The notes under the pieces: generated by a model | What the model saw: the letters and a program-made list of their open reading frames with translations, nothing else | Told to the model about the DNA's origin: nothing | The model's database searches: none | Shown here: piece after piece, positions 25,790-37,890 of the stretch | Numbering within the stretch: the first letter of the stretch is position 1 | Layout of the letters: the number at the start of each line of letters is the position of its first letter | Source: Girardia tigrina | Taxonomy: Eukaryota | Direction: 5' to 3' | Length of the DNA stretch: 64,000 bases | NCBI GenBank assembly: GCA_001938485.1 | Contig: MQRK01224867.1 | Location: 1 to 64,000, forward strand | Program-made: the position numbers and the translations under genes

Positions 25790-28700
25790 CGTTAGAAAAG
25801 TTTTAGTCACTCCACATTTCTTCTAATTCTTCTACCGTCTTCACTTTTTAGTTCGTAACTACGATTATGGACCTTATTAATCATTTTAAACAGTCCTTCA
25901 TATCGGTATGCTTGTTTGGATATGTTCTGTTGCTTTACTAGAACTTCATCACCAACTTCAAAGTTTCGTTTGCCTCTATGAGCGGTGCTATAAGTGACTT
26001 TATCCTGATTTATACGTGCTTTCTCAATGAGATCTTTTATTCTTGTTTATTACTTGCGTTACACTACTGCTGATTTATTTTGAATCCGAAAATGATTTCA
26101 GCTGGGCTCATCTGCATTTCTTTTTGATTTGTGGCATTCAAACTAAACTCAATTTCCGGTAGTAAATCAACCAAAATTTTTTTCGTTCTTTAACTAATGT
26201 TGCATTCATAAAATCCCTTATGGTTCGAAATTGTCTTTTCACCAGTCCGTTAGTGCTCTGGTGGTAGGATTTGAAAATTGTAATTTTATATTATACTTCT
26301 GTGCCATTAATTTCATCAAGTTAGATTCGAAACTTTTACCACAATCGACATGGATTATTCTTGGTGCACCAAACTTCAGTATCCAGTTTTTTACTATTGT
26401 TTTTACTGTAGTTTCTTTGTCTTGTTTTGTCACTGCATTGAGACTGATATATCGGCTACAATTGGTATATGATTGCCCAGACATATCATTTTCTGTATTT
26501 ATTTGGTTTCATAGGGCCACAAAAGTCTACATATATCTCTTCGAAAGGATGTATACCTTGTTGTTATACCATTTCTTTTGTTCTTCCTGTAAATGTCATT
26601 TGTTTTTGACAAGGTTCGCATGTGCCTATGACGCATCTTATGTTCTCAGATAACCCATCCATGTCATATTTATCTTATATATAATCTGTAACATTTTGTA
26701 TCCCTAAATGACATAATATGTGATGTATATCTATGATAAGTTCGATCGTTTTAGATTTTGGTTATAATAATTATTATTATCTAATAATTATTATAATTAT
26801 TATCTTTTTTAATTATTATCTTTTGTCACCACCACGTTGTCCTGTAAGTGAAACTGGTCTTGCTTACTTGATTCGATTTGTTTTTTATACTATATATTTC
26901 TTCATTATTATTCTGCCACCTCTGTCCATTTATCTCTGACTCTAGTGCTAATATTTTGGTCTTCATTTTTCCTGTTTTGGCATCAGGATGTTGTAGTTCG
27001 CAGTGATTACATGTTCCACATTTGTTCCGGGATAGTCCATTTGCATTACAGTGAAGTGCCCCATTGCGATATTCAAATTTCATATCCAGGCTACTTAATA
27101 AATTTAACCAAGTTTGAAATTGGGAGGTAATTGGTTTTTTTGTCGTTAACATATACGTTATCGCCTTATGATCTGTGTGTAGTGTAAACTGTTTTCAATA
27201 TAAGTAGTGTTTGAAATGTTGCGTAAAGTAGTAAATTGCTAATAGTTCTTTACTAGTGATACAATACCCTATCTCATGTTTATTCATGGCATGGGATCCG
27301 TATCCTATAAACATTTCGTTTCCGTTATCATCCAATCAGGAAAGGATCACTCCAATGGCATTAAAACTCACGTCTGTGTCCAAAATGAATGGTTTTTTAA
27401 AATCTTGGTATGTCAGTATCTGTGCCTTACACAGTAATTCTTTTAACTGATTGAAAGATTTTTCGCACTCATCGTTCCAGTATAACTTATCTTTATTGCT
27501 ACCACACAATGTGTCTAGATTTCGAGATATTTTCGAATAGTCCTTAATAAATTTCCTATAGTAATTGCATAGTCCTAAGAAACTTCTAAGATTTTTTACA
27601 CAATTTGGTTTTTCGAAGTTTTTTATGGCCTAGACTTTCTCTGGGTCTGTCATCACTCCCTTTTCATTGATGATATGTGAAGTGCCCGCATATTTTTTTT
27701 ATTTATAACAAAATATTTATTTGACTATCTATTTACTGTGTGTTGTGATGGACAGGGTCATTTTTTTGTGTTTTGAATGGGTTTGATTTTTTTATTTATG
27801 TGAATGGTAGCGTGAGAAGACACCAATGAAAGTAAAGAAATGACAGTGGATGATGAAATTATGAAGAAAATAATAAATAAATTATGAAGGCAATAATATA
27901 TTTGGCACGAAAATAAAAAAATCAATAAACAATTCAAAAAGTCAATAGCCTATATCAAAGCCAAATATTATAAAACCTCTCACCAAATTCCAAGTGGATT
28001 TATTTCTTATTATTCAATTCCCTGTGAATACAAAAACCGAACACAAAAATTCTTGACCAGCTCCATACAAATATTTGTTTTGCTGACAGAAATAAAGTAA
28101 CTTTGTACTATTTGAATCCCCTATAACTGACTTTATTTTTTTTGTGATATCCTTCGTTTTATCCTTCTGTTGTATTGTTATTAATCTAATCTTTTTTTAA
28201 ATTAACTTATTGTCTTTATTCTTATTTATATTCGTAGGTGGATTAAAAATTCGGTTCATCCTATATTTAATCCATTTCAATATGTCCTAAAAAATTAATC
28301 TCTTTTTGTATTAGTTTGCATTTTTCTGGTTTTACTTTTAGTCCAGCAGCTCTAATCCTTCCAAATATTTTATTTAACATAGTTACGTGATCTGTCGTTG
28401 TTTTTGAGAAAATCAATATATCATCCAGGTAGACTAGGGCCTCCTTCCGATTCATATCTCTAACCACTACATTCATAAGTCTTTGGAACGTTGCAGGGGC
28501 TGCTGCTATTCCAAACGGCATGCGATTAAAACAGTATTGACCAACTTCTAGTTTAGAACGCAGTTTCTATCTTTGAATTTTCTTCCAATTCCACCTGGTA
28601 ATACGCATTCCCTAAATCTATCGTGCTAAAGTATTTTGAACCATTTAGTGTGTCAATCATATCTTCAATATTTGGCATGGGGTATGCTGGCCGTTCGGTA

Positions 28701-29478
28701 ATTTTATTTAATTGTCTGAAATCTAGACACAATCTTATTTCATCTTTTTCCTTCTTCCATACGCATACCATGGGTGTGTTCCATGGTGAACTACATTTCT
28801 TTATGATATTATTGTCCTCAAGGTTTTTTATCAAATCATATATCTTCTTTACCAGATAGGCCGGCTTTCTACGGGGTCTCATTAATATAGGTTTCCCAAA
28901 CGTTTTTATACTATGCTTTAGCAAAATTGTGCACCCTATATCCCATTTAATCGCCATATCTCTTTATTTTGCTGAATTATTTCATATAGGGGTGATTTAA
29001 TATCTATCTTCATTATTTCTCTAGCATTTTTACATCTGTCATTATTCTAATAAGTTTTTCCGAAGTTTGTGCCTAGACTGCATATTTCCTTACTATTACA
29101 TAAATCAAAATTATTATTTTCATCTGATCGAGTATACTTATCTCTGTTCAGAAAAATTTTAAAGGCGTTCATAAAATCCATACCATATATTATTTTAGGA
29201 GACAACTTTTCCGCAATATAAAACTTTATCCGCTTTTTTGTTCCCTCTATTTCTAAATCTAAAGATATCAATCCCATAACTTTCAGTGGATTATCATTTG
29301 CACATACGATATTGTTAAAATCATTATATTCTATTTCAATATTTAAACTCTTTATTATACTTCTATCAATGACATTGATTCTGGCCCCTGTATCTAACAA
29401 ACAATCGAAATATTTATCATTAATTTTTACAACTCTACTTGGCCTACCATTCATTTTATCAAAAACTATTTTAAACAT
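25790..29478 (-). pseudogene. gypsy pol (PR-RT-RH-IN), frameshifted
   Basis: LLDTGARIN, RLCLDFRQLN, MPFGIAAAPATFQRLM, YLDDILIFS, WILKFGAPRIIHVDCG. Confidence 0.95.
27678..28279. repeat. Nested solo LTR (602 bp) inserted in RT, TSD ATATG
   Basis: TGAA...TTCA termini. ATATG at 27673-27677 and 28280-28284. RT reads FLGHI|INEKGVMTDPE across the insertion. Confidence 0.85.
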
Positions 29479-29562
29479 GGGAGAGCGTGAGAAATTTTGT
29501 TATATTTTTATTTACATTTACAACCGATATAGTAGATATATTAAAATATTTAAAAGAATCAT

Positions 29563-30438
29563 TTATACAATTACAATTTGATGGTGCAAGAGCGGGCGCA
29601 GCGATTTTGTAGCTGTGGCACGCCGGTGACGGGGAGCGAACATCCGGTCGGGGGTCACATTTAAAATTTGCACCTCGAGAATCGGGTTGATGACGATCGT
29701 GAGAATGGCCTTGATGATCTGCAGCTGCACGGCGTCCCCGGAATGGCCGTCCTGAAAGGCGTCACAGATGAACACGATGATCTTATCGATGAGTCTTTCA
29801 TTGGAGGAGTCGCGATAGAGCGCCGAGTTCGAGATGTGACCGTATGCATTCAGTTTCTGGAGACAGTCGAGTGCGATCACGATAATTCTCTGAGACTTGC
29901 ACGAGAACGCCATTTCGAATGACCGAAAGAAGCGCGGATCGTTCATGAGAGTGTCGACATCGGATTTGATCGACGGTAAGACGACGACTGATTGGCCGTT
30001 TGTGTCGGTAATTTTCTCTTTCAATTGCGCCAATACGTTGTCGCAACATTTCTTTAGTTCAGAGTTATGAGACCTTTTGATTTCTTTGTCGTGGAGAATT
30101 CGCGGCTCAGTGTCTCTCAGCTCACGATACCAATAATTGATTTTATTGAAACTGATCGATTCTGTTAAGTCGAAACACAAAATCACCGCCTTAGCGCCGC
30201 GATAATGCATTCGTGTCATTGACTGATATCGCCCGCTCCCTGCCGTGTCCCAAATGCCCATTATAATCGGAATATTATTGCTGTTCTTCAACTGGCGCGC
30301 GTGATAGGCCGCCCTCATTGTCGGTTGATAGGCGTTATTCGCCTGGAAATTCCCGTTCAAAAATCGATCGACTAATGCAGTTTTTCTAACGCATTCTTTG
30401 CCCAAAACAACAACTTTCAAGTCGACTTTGGTTACCAT
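29563..30438 (-). CDS. Chimeric intronless ORF (291 aa): Rab24-like N-terminal half (30438-30103) fused in frame to a BIG1/ARFGEF-like N-terminal DCB region (30102-~29669); probably a retro-captured pseudogene
   Basis: VDLKVVVLGKECVRKT...GIWDTAGS...YRGAKAVILCFDLT (Rab24-type WDTAGS), then ILHDKEIKRSHNSELKKCC...LDCLQKLNAYGH...LIDKII...VQLQIIKAILT (BIG1/2 N-terminus). Confidence 0.85.
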   Translation of the reverse strand: MVTKVDLKVVVLGKECVRKTALVDRFLNGNFQANNAYQPTMRAAYHARQLKNSNNIPIIMGIWDTAGSGRYQSMTRMHYRGAKAVILCFDLTESISFNKINYWYRELRDTEPRILHDKEIKRSHNSELKKCCDNVLAQLKEKITDTNGQSVVVLPSIKSDVDTLMNDPRFFRSFEMAFSCKSQRIIVIALDCLQKLNAYGHISNSALYRDSSNERLIDKIIVFICDAFQDGHSGDAVQLQIIKAILTIVINPILEVQILNVTPDRMFAPRHRRATATKSLRPLLHHQIVIV

Positions 30439-30917
30439 TACAATTCGAAATTAACGATAAAAATTCACACTGGATAAATTGAAAATCGAAGCAGAATTAA
30501 TGTTTATTTATTTATCTTCACAAATTGATTCGAATTCAATGAAAAAATAATAATGGCGACTTCAATTTCTGTTTAAATCTTTTTTGCGTCAACAAAATTA
30601 AATTAATACATTTAAACAACTCGAATAATTAAAATAAACATATTGTCATTTGCACTGTCCGATTCACTCAAAAAAACCGATTACAAATTAATTTTCAAAT
30701 AAAACCAAAAAAAGTATAATAGAAATTTCAATTTTTAAAATCCAAATTTTGAAGAATTAGATTTATTTGTGGAAATTCACAATAAGTTTGAGCCGGTTCT
30801 GACTGACAAGAAATATTCTAAATCTCGCTTTCTAGCACTAATTTTGAAGGCTTATTTCATCGTGAAACACAATTATTTACATTACAAATAAAGGTTCTAG
30901 AACTTTCTTACCCCTTA

Positions 30918-31907
30918 TCATATAGCTCCCATCACCTCTCGTCTTGACGGAGCATGCCCATTTGGGGATTGTTTATATTCTGATATATCCACGGTTTTCA
31001 CATCGTCATCCATTTCATTGAAGTCAATCGCTACCATGTTCCTCGAGTTACCGCCGAACCTTCTGTCGCGTTCACGGAGTTGTATTTGTCTTTTCTGAAA
31101 ACATTGGTAACTAAAATGTCCCCTTTTCTTACAATCGGAGCAAGTGATATTTTGGCATTCCTGTCTGATGTGGCCATATTCTTTACATGCATAACATTTC
31201 ACTTGCCGAATGGGGCAATTTCTCATAATATGACGTTCTCTTTGGCACGACCGACAGATTAGGTTTTTTCGGTATAACTCTCTTCCTGGCATTCGTCTTT
31301 GCATGCTGTTCCATTGTTCATTCCTCACTGACGCTGGAAAATCTTGCTTCTGTTTAACAATTACCAGATATGAGTGTCTTCTCTGAATCGTTGAAATGTC
31401 TTGGGTTTCTTCCTTCTCGATTATTTCCATTTTATTGATAATATCTTTAATTTAATCGACTTCCACTGCGTTTCTGAGGGTTAATTCCCTTTTAATAGCA
31501 TTGTTTTTTGTAATATGTACCAAAAGTATGAATTAAGTTCTGTTTCATTCCATTTGTGGCTTCATCAACTTCTTAACCATTAATTCAATTTTATCAAAAT
31601 ATACCTTTGCACAATCCAATCATTTTTCATATTTGTATAAGGATATAAGATCTTGTATTAGAGATGACGGTATTGTGAACGCTTTTCTTAATCTTTCCTC
31701 GAATTCTGTTATCTTCGGGTCCACTGATTCGTATATCGCGCTTAAATCTTTGGTGATGAACGCTTTGACCAAAATTCCTTGCAGGTGTTGGTTCGTGCCT
31801 GATACTTCAAAAAATCTCTTGCATTCCTTGATAAACTCTTCTAAATTTGAATCCACCGCAATCTTTGCTGGAACCAAATTTTGTAAATAATTAGGCGTGG
31901 TCGCCAT
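30918..31907 (-). pseudogene. gypsy gag with zinc knuckles, disrupted
   Basis: Starts MATTP at the LTR/PBS junction. CYACKEYGHIRQEC and CSDCKKRGHFSYQC knuckles. Stops and frameshifts. Confidence 0.9.
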
Positions 31908-32277
31908 GTTAGTACATAAGAATAATTTATAACAATTTATTTAAATCCAAATTCAAATTGTGTATAACAATCAATTATTTAAACAACACACCGTAAATTA
32001 ATTTAATATTTAATTAAAATAATTTCGAGAGACTTCAGAAAATTCTAGAATCGATTGTTAATATTGATTTTAATAGATTATAGTATTAAGATAAATTATA
32101 ATAAAGATAATTCCTCACAACGACAATAGAAGTTCCTATTAATCATGTATAATTAAATTATTCAAAAATTTGAAATTGAATTTGGAGCTTGATTTGATCT
32201 AAAATATAAAAAAGTAGAGTTTTTTCACACAAGTTTTCGCCAGCAAAAACACGCTATTCAATATTTGATCACGAACT

Positions 32278-33900
32278 AATCCATGACGTGACACATCCAG
32301 GCTCGAAAGCTACCTACTAACGAATGCGCTCCAAAGTTATCTGGCCCCTTATGCTCAAATACATAAAACTATGGTGTCACATCTGTTTCCAATGCCCGAA
32401 CTATTTGATCACGAGCAACATTCACTACCTTGAAGGACCTCAGTTACTTCCAAAAACCGCCCATTAACAAAGGAAAGCTGTACTTTGACACATAACTCCC
32501 TGAGTGAATCATGGCAGTACTCGGCCAAGGCCTAGGAGTTCACACCTTCCAGACAATCCATGACGTGACACATCCAGGCTCGAAAGTTACCTACTAACGA
32601 ATGCGCTCCAAAGTTATCTGGCCCCTTATGCTCAAATACATAAAACTATGGTGTCACATCTGTTTCCAATGCCCAAAAACAAGGTTACAAAGCACATCAA
32701 GCTACCTACCTTGACGTATCCCACAAGCAATCGGTTTGACACGGTGTACATGGGCATCGTTGGACCACTTCCTATATCACATGCTACCAGTACATCCCCA
32801 CCGTTTCTGACAGAAACACCAGGTAGCCCGAAGCCTTCCCCATAAGAACTCTAGCCAACGAAATAATCTCTGACATATTCCTCAATCACTGGATATAACG
32901 ATTCGGCATGCCGAAAAGGATCATCATAGATCCAGGGTGACAATTCCAGTCGGAGTTATTTAGGGACCTCACCGAACGGTTGGGTATCGAGAAAATCAGT
33001 ACCACCGCGTAGCACTCGCAAACTGACAGTCTCGTAGAACGGTCTTACAGCACCGTAAAAAATTCGTTCCGAACGCTAGCACGTTCACACGACTGGACGA
33101 AACAATTACCACTCATCTTTATAGACCGGAGAAACATTCCCCAAAGCAGATATGGGACCTCGCTTGCAAAATTACTCTTCGGGACAAACACTTCGTTCAA
33201 CAACGAGCTATTTTTCAATGAGGCAACAAGGAACGATGAGATGCTCACAGCGGCAAGCGACCACATTCTACGACCCGATAGAATTCCGCCTAATCCTGGA
33301 TGATTGCACTTCTTCGTCCCGAAAGAACTTGCCACCGCAAAAATTGTCTGACTCCAAAAAGAAACCGCCATCTCTCTAGAAAGTCGCTACACCGGACCAC
33401 ACAAGCTTCTAAACGTAGCACTCAACAACAACACAGCCAAAATTTTGACTCACGTAAAGGAGCTCACTGGGAATATCTACAAGCTCAAGCCCTGCCTACA
33501 CTTAAAGGACTTCACCATGGAAGAAACCAAGTCACAGACAGACAACAATTATTCCAACGAAAAGAAGACACGACCGCCTCCCTACAAAGGTAAGATAACA
33601 ACAAGACGCTAATTTTAAAGAACCATCGTCTGCCAAAGATGCTTCTGTGAAAACGCAAAGTAACAAATAGAACAATAACTCGCACCCCCATAACATAACA
33701 ACAACAGACAACACACTATCATACGCCACAGCATCAACTGACATACACAACAATATTAACAGCACATCACACAAGAGACGACACATCACTATACAACACA
33801 GTACAGCTGCGTTTCGTCAAATGGATCACTCGACACAGCCAGCCTCTTAAACCAGCAGCACGGACACAATCCAACTTTGTTCTACATTCTTCGGTGGAGA
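32278..33900 (+). mobile_element. Degenerate gypsy integrase fragment (related to 1640-3539) with an internal 120-bp duplication
   Basis: RFDTVYMGIVGPLP, WI.RFGMP, ERSYSTVKNSFR, RYTGPH. 32278-32397 is repeated at 32555-32674. Confidence 0.8.
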
Positions 33901-34109
33901 CTGATGGGGTGCTCCAATAAGTGAAACAGAAATAAAAAAAACTTTAAAAAAATTGTGTGATAATAATTAATGAAAATGCATAAAAAGTGTTACCATAAAA
34001 ATTTTGCAAATTTGAAAATAATTAATGTTATAAAACAAAGATGTTTGTTATTCCTTCTGGAAATAAATGACACTTTATCACCAACTCAAAAGTCGTTCTC
34101 GTTTCGGAT

Positions 34110-34197
34110 TTCAAATGGTGTGCATAATATACTTTTAGATGATACAAATATACCACAATTTTGGAGGAATAAAGGAAGCTATAAACAATATAATCGA
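34110..34197 (+). repeat. 88-bp diverged copy of part of a CDC14 exon (37765-37852)
   Basis: SNGVHNILLDDTNIPQFWRNKGSYKQYNR versus SSGVHNILLDDSNIPQFGRNKGSFRQYNR. Confidence 0.9.
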
Positions 34198-34268
34198 AAT
34201 CTTGATTTAATCCTTCGAGTCAGCACTTTTCCGGAACCTGCCGGAAACGACGAACGGACTGGCGTGCA

Positions 34269-36340
34269 CAGGGCCGGATTTACAGTTTCAGGGGCCCTAG
34301 GCCAAAAAAATGGGGCTCTATTTTGAAAAATAAAAAATAATACCAAGTTTATTTTTGTTTGAAAAAATATAATAGTCGTTTAATTTACCTCAAAATTTTA
34401 TTTCAATCAAATTTACATATTTTTTCTGTATTTTTCATTGACAAAATCGTTAATTAATGAATCAAAATCAACTGACCTCATTTTGTCAGCATTACTTGAT
34501 AATAATGCAACATTATTTAACGTTTTTTGGGAAAGAGTTGATCGCAAACAATTTTTTGTTAATTTTAATTTGGAACATGACCACTCTCCAGAACAATTTG
34601 ATATAATGAAACACATGAAAATTCTAAGTATTATTTCGGTATTAGGAAATGTAATCTCCATTTGTTTTTTCCTTAATAAGTTTATATAAATCCAAATGAG
34701 AGAAATGAGGAGCTTGGGTATTGAAATGATTAATAAAATATTTATGTATGTGTTCGATTTCAGAATATAAATTTTCGTCAATGTCTTCTGCGTAGTCTTC
34801 CACGAGACGACCAGCACAAATATTTAGTTTATCTTTATTGCTTCTTGTGTCTATTAAAAATGCAAATTTGTCATTCAATTCATGGTAGCATTGAGCTCTT
34901 TCTTTCAAATCTGTAGTGAGATTATTGACGATTTTAGGAAAACATTTTTCTTAAATTCTTCACGTGGACTCAACTTAAGTTCCTCTGAACAATTTTCACC
35001 TGGAAGAACTTTCATTTTACGGCGTCTCTTTTCTAAATAATCAGTATTTGGTAATAATCATGTAACATCTTGTTCTATTGAATCGAATTTTTCAGTTAAT
35101 CCAAGAAAATAATCAGGAAGAGATGAATAAAGTTCAGAACATGTATCAAGAGTAATACTAGCATGTTGCAATGATTTGGAAACTGCATTCATTCGTTGTA
35201 AAATTTTATCTCACATTATTGTTTGTATGGAAAATTCAAAAGTTTCCATTTTTTATAGTAAATTTCCAGCCTCTGCTCTTGCTTTCGTTTCAAAACTTGA
35301 ACTTACATTGATTGTAAGTAATGCTTCCATCAATTTGTTGTAGTTCTGGTAAATACATTTGACTGAGTCAGGATGAGCACTCCATCGAGTATTCGATAGT
35401 GATTTCAGTGAACTACTTCCTAATTGTTCCAAAATATTCCATCGCTTTGTAGAAGCAGAAAAAAATTGTACAGTTCTTGAACAATATCGAAAAAGTTAAT
35501 TGCTTCGAAATTATAATTCATACCAACCTCTCCTACTAAGTTAAGAGAATGACTTGAACATGGCAATAATTTTGCAAAGTTATTAAGTTCCAAAGTTCTA
35601 CTTTTCATGCCTTTATATTTTCCAGTCATATTACTGGCGTTATCATAAGACTGGCTTCTCCAGTTGCTGATTTCTATGTTCAATATTTCGTTTAAAAAGT
35701 TTACCGTTACATTTGCTAAATTTTCCCCTGTGAGATCATCCATATGGATGTAGTTGACAAATCTTTCAATTGGCTCATTGGCTTGATCTATGTACCTCAA
35801 AATCACACATAATTGATCTTTGTAAGTCACGTCAGGTGTCGAGTCTATTGATAAGCCATAATACTTCAATTTTAGAACATCATCGCTTATTGATTGCAAT
35901 ACTTTTCTTGACATCAATACGATCAATTCCTCATATGTAGTCTTCGAGATGTAGTTTGTTTTTCCAGAACCACTGTCACCATAATTTGTTATGTGCTCGT
36001 TCAAAAAAGGATCAAACTGTGCAATCAACTCTAGCAGACCGATAAAATTTCCGCTGTTATCAGTCCCAAATTTTCCATTCGAACCTCTAAAAGCTAAGTT
36101 TCTTTCAATCAATGTACAAATTACAGCCGTAACTCTTCTTAGAACCTCTCTCCAGTAGTTTCGCTCTTTACAAATTTGCAGTAAAAGTTGATCCTTTTAA
36201 ATGCTTTTTTTTCTATGAAAGTATTTTAAAAAAGCTGTTTTGTGCTCAGATGAGTTTTCATGGCTTTAAATCGACGCCACGGAATTTTTCCAATCTTTAA
36301 ATCCGATTGAAGCTAGAGCAAATTTTGAGGCTTCAAAAGG
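34269..36340 (-). mobile_element. Degenerate hAT transposon (ZMYM1-like transposase), one terminus retained
   Basis: Terminus CAGGGCCGGATTTA...GGGGCCC. Motifs LAFRG..NSGNFIGLLELIAQFD, DSTPD, QSYDNASNM, FPNTEIILRIF...KLKLTKNCLRSTLSQ. Confidence 0.9.
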
Positions 36341-37521
36341 TACAGAATACACAACCCAATGTTGGTGAATATATAAATATATATTGGTGAATATCTTTCT
36401 ATTTGATATTCATCATCTAGAGATTTTCGATATTTATCCCCTTTCAATCGTATTAATCAATGAAATAATCGAGCATGAATCGAAATCAAAACAATAACTC
36501 ATTCTTCAATAATTTTTTAAATGTATAATTGTATCACAAATTTTTATTCACGTATTCTTTCAAACACGACCTAAATCAATTCATAATTTTTATGCACGAA
36601 TGAGCCAAAAAATTCTTTTATTCACTTTCATCACAAATTGTGGTGATTCGGAGTGGCGATGATTAAAAATAATACGAAATAAAAAAAATAAATTGAAAAC
36701 TTAAATCTGGTGTTTAACCTAAAAATAAATGGTGAACTTTTGAAAAACAAGAATCGATATTGATGTAATTTTTTTATAAATAAATGTTAATTGGTGCACC
36801 ATCGCCTTTTCTCTTTTTTTCACATGACTGACGACTCATAGAACGATGTGTCCGGACTCTTCACAGCCCCACTCGAAGGAACCAGGAACTGCCGCCGGCT
36901 GTTACGAGAGCGAATATCTGAACCAGAACCAACCGTTTGCCACATAGTCAAACCTAAACCTGGGCTGTCATGGAGTGCTCGAACTACATCTCCAACCGGC
37001 GATACCCCACACGATCAAGAGGTGCTGGTTACCACAACCTAGTCCAGTGACCAGCACTTCACAAATACAAATTCAAATCTCAATACCCAATTCATTTTTT
37101 TACAAACGAATTCAAATTCCAATTTGATCACCTTTACACGAATTCATTTCATCTTTCTTTATTTCGATTTAGACAAACAACCAATTTAATCTCTAAATCG
37201 AAAATCCAAAAACGATAATTTTGGACAGAAAAAACCACTCACAAAAATTCGAAAATCCTAATCATATTTCTTTTTTTTGAAAATTTTACGACTCAATTAA
37301 TTTGTTATACGAAACTTCAATTTAATCGCACAACAATTTTCTGGTAACAATAAATTCAACTATAAAAATTCATTTGATAATTATTTTTTATTTATTTATC
37401 TCATCAAGTTTTAATGGACAATAATTATTTAAGCGCACAATCAATTTTTATTTAGACTTTCAACTTTTTTTATAATCGAACAACATGATTAATTTGGGTA
37501 ATTTATGAAAGCTTCTTTCAG

Positions 37522-37890
37522 TCACCAAGCCTGGTGTTGGAGAATCGGTCCGATGCATCAAAATGTTGTTCGACGAACTTTTTCAAGTAAAACAGGAGAT
37601 AACAGGGCTAAACTATCAGCTCTAAATAACTACGATATAAAAGTCCCGAAAAATCCTTTCTATGATACAAGTGACAAAGATATTTCTTTAATTCCTCAAG
37701 GGGACATGTTAAATAGCATTAAGTCCTTTAACAGAATCAGTCAGAATTTGTTGGAAACAAAAACTTCAAGTGGTGTGCATAATATACTTTTAGATGATTC
37801 AAATATACCACAATTTGGAAGGAACAAAGGAAGCTTTAGACAATATAATCGACAATCTTTGTTCTCGACTGACAGTTATGATGATAGCGA
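37522..37890 (+). CDS. CDC14: CDC14 C-terminal-region exon (HQAWCWRIG...QGDMLNSIKS...)
   Basis: TTTCAG acceptor and GTAAGT donor. Phase 2 matches GA| at 25003. Resembles CDC14 KQASLWVQG and QGDKLRALKS. Confidence 0.8.

Larger units (their letters stand above)
25568..32119 (-). mobile_element. Full-length Ty3/gypsy LTR retrotransposon with a host-gene insert and a nested solo LTR
   Basis: LTRs 31907-32119 and 25568-25781 (about a dozen differences by eye), TG...CA, TSD ACGAC, PBS TGGCGACCACG, PPT GAGGGGGGA. Gag with three CCHC-type knuckles, protease LLDTGA, RT YLDD, RNase H and integrase. Confidence 0.95.

Noticed and set aside
29563-30438. A functional Rab24 or BIG1 host gene
   Set aside because: Both halves are truncated, the P-loop Gly is mutated, and the ORF lies inside a retrotransposon.
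36800-37062. GC-richer segment as a host exon
   Set aside because: No recognisable protein; probably an LTR or TE remnant, and its boundaries could not be established.
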